Below, in pieces: positions 62,480 through 64,000 of a stretch of 64,000 nucleotides of DNA (the first letter of the stretch is position 1; every line of letters begins with the position of its first letter). The notes below the pieces were generated by a model, which worked only from the letters and a program-made list of their open reading frames with translations, was not told the DNA's origin and did no database searches. Origin of the DNA: Azolla caroliniana. Taxonomy: Eukaryota > Plantae > Polypodiophyta. Made by a program: the position numbers and the translations under genes. Location: NCBI GenBank assembly GCA_043228905.1, contig JBHGNT010000009.1, positions 11,036,001 to 11,100,000 on the forward strand, in the 5' to 3' direction.

Positions 62480-64000
62480 TGTCGAGTTATTACGCAAGTG
62501 CGTGTGGAAACGAGGCGGGACCGCGGGGGTCTCGAACCAAAGAGCAAGCGAGGGAGGAGAAAGAGAGAGAACCGGCTACGCAGGACCGGGGATACACAGG
62601 GACACGGCCCTTCAGCACGGAGAACGCGAACAGACACCGACACAGACAGATGCGAATGACTAAATATGTATATTAACAAAAACGGCTAACACGACTACAA
62701 CCCTCGATGGGGCACAGGTTGGTTACAACCGAACAGGCCGGCGAACAGATGCCGATGCTTGTTCGCTTCGACGCACAAAGGGGTAGCAGGTCGGAGGTGC
62801 TGCCGGAAGCACTCGGGCGTTCCTCGAAACAGCGCGAGCCTCCTCGGAAACCTGCACAGAAAAGCTATGGAGCTCAAGAAGGAAGGAAACAGAGAGAGAA
62901 GCGTCCAGAAACGGTCCGACAGCACTTCGTCCTCTCTGCGCGAGATGCCTGCAACAGCTCTTTCCTGCTCCTTATATTGGCCGACGAGCAGGCCGTCATG
63001 TCAGCTTTATTCCCTGTCCCTTTTGGACAGGGATCCGCTCCGTTCTTCACGCATCCGCATAGTTACGCCACCGGCTCGTACAGTTCCTTAACTCGCGCGC
63101 GCGACTGAAAAGACTGTTCGCGCGGTCTTTGTCTCCACTTGTGTTAGGGCCCGTTCCTGCCGATTATCCTCCTAATTCGCTTCTATGTACAACTTGGAGC
63201 GTGCGCGCGTGAAGAACCGGTTCCCACGCCTTGGTGCGCCGATTCCGCTTATGGACGGTTTTCTTCACGACATCCGCCCCCACCTAACCGCGCATCCTCC
63301 GGTATGCGCCAAGAGAGTTGGGACGGAGAAAACCGGCCCGTCTTCATTCCTCGCCCGTCGGTTCTTCCTCGTTTTCGGATCGTTCGTCACTGCTGACTAG
63401 GAGAGCTGGGTCTGGCTCGTCGTCGTGTCGCTTCTTGAACGCTTTGATCCGCTTCCCTGCAACCGGTATCGCCATTCTCGTGCCGTCTAGTTCCGCCAAG
63501 TGATATGTCCCGTTGTCATTGGCGCTCCGTACCACGTAAGGCCCGAACCACCTTCGTGCGAACTTCCGTGTAGCTCGGTGCTGGTTGTCGAGGCTGCTGT
63601 CATAGACGAGCACCCAGTCACCTTCTTCGATTTTCTTCGGTCGGAGCCGGTGCGTTCGGTCGAACCTGGCTTTGTTCTTTGTCCTCGCCACCCGGAGCTT
63701 CTCCGCAGCCAGTTCCACGTCCTCCGGTCTCCGCTCGAGCTGTCGTATACGCGCGGCCAACAACTCCTCCCGGCTCATCTCGTCCCTCCAGTCGACCGTT
63801 GCCCACGAGGAGATCGTCCGTTCCATCGGCATGATCGGCTTCTGGCCGAACATGAGCTCCGTCGGCATGTATCCGGTTACCGAACTGTGCGTGGTCCGGT
63901 CTGCCCACAAAGCATAAGGTAGCAGTCGCGGCCAGTTACCGACTTGGCCTCCGCATGCTCGAACCAGCGCCTTGACGATCGGTCCGTGTCCGCGCTCCAC
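62480..64000 (-). mobile_element. 3' part of another tRNA-Trp-type gypsy (3' LTR 62480-63272; integrase C-terminus 63344-64000)
   Basis: The integrase ORF is near-identical to 52909-53811 and shares the PPT/LTR junction ttcttcacgaca|tccgccccc. Confidence 0.9.

Overview
Nuclear DNA of a seed-free land plant, most likely a fern (inferred from reverse-editing-type stop codons in a NUMT and from the retroelement lineages). There is one intact host gene, a 9-coding-exon UDP-arabinose 4-epimerase (MUR4/UXE-like; 24488-28097, +). A ~4.3-kb mitochondrial insertion carries the nad7 3' end, trnS-GCU, trnfM and a truncated rrn18. Most of the rest is LINE relics and deeply nested LTR retrotransposons: two Ty1/copia, three Tcn1-like chromoviruses, and several tRNA-Trp-primed non-chromovirus Ty3/gypsy elements and solo LTRs. 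Five observations stand out. (1) LTRs of two unrelated gypsy lineages carry antisense tRNA-like Pol III A-box/B-box modules in U3. (2) All six insertions with TGTCG..CGACA-type LTRs have 4-bp CpG-centred target sites. (3) The chromoviruses lack a tRNA PBS and show covarying self-priming duplexes. (4) Their LTRs have perfect heat-shock-element arrays next to TATA. (5) A conserved GGAUUUU -1 slippery site lies after the protease. All calls were made by eye, without database searches.
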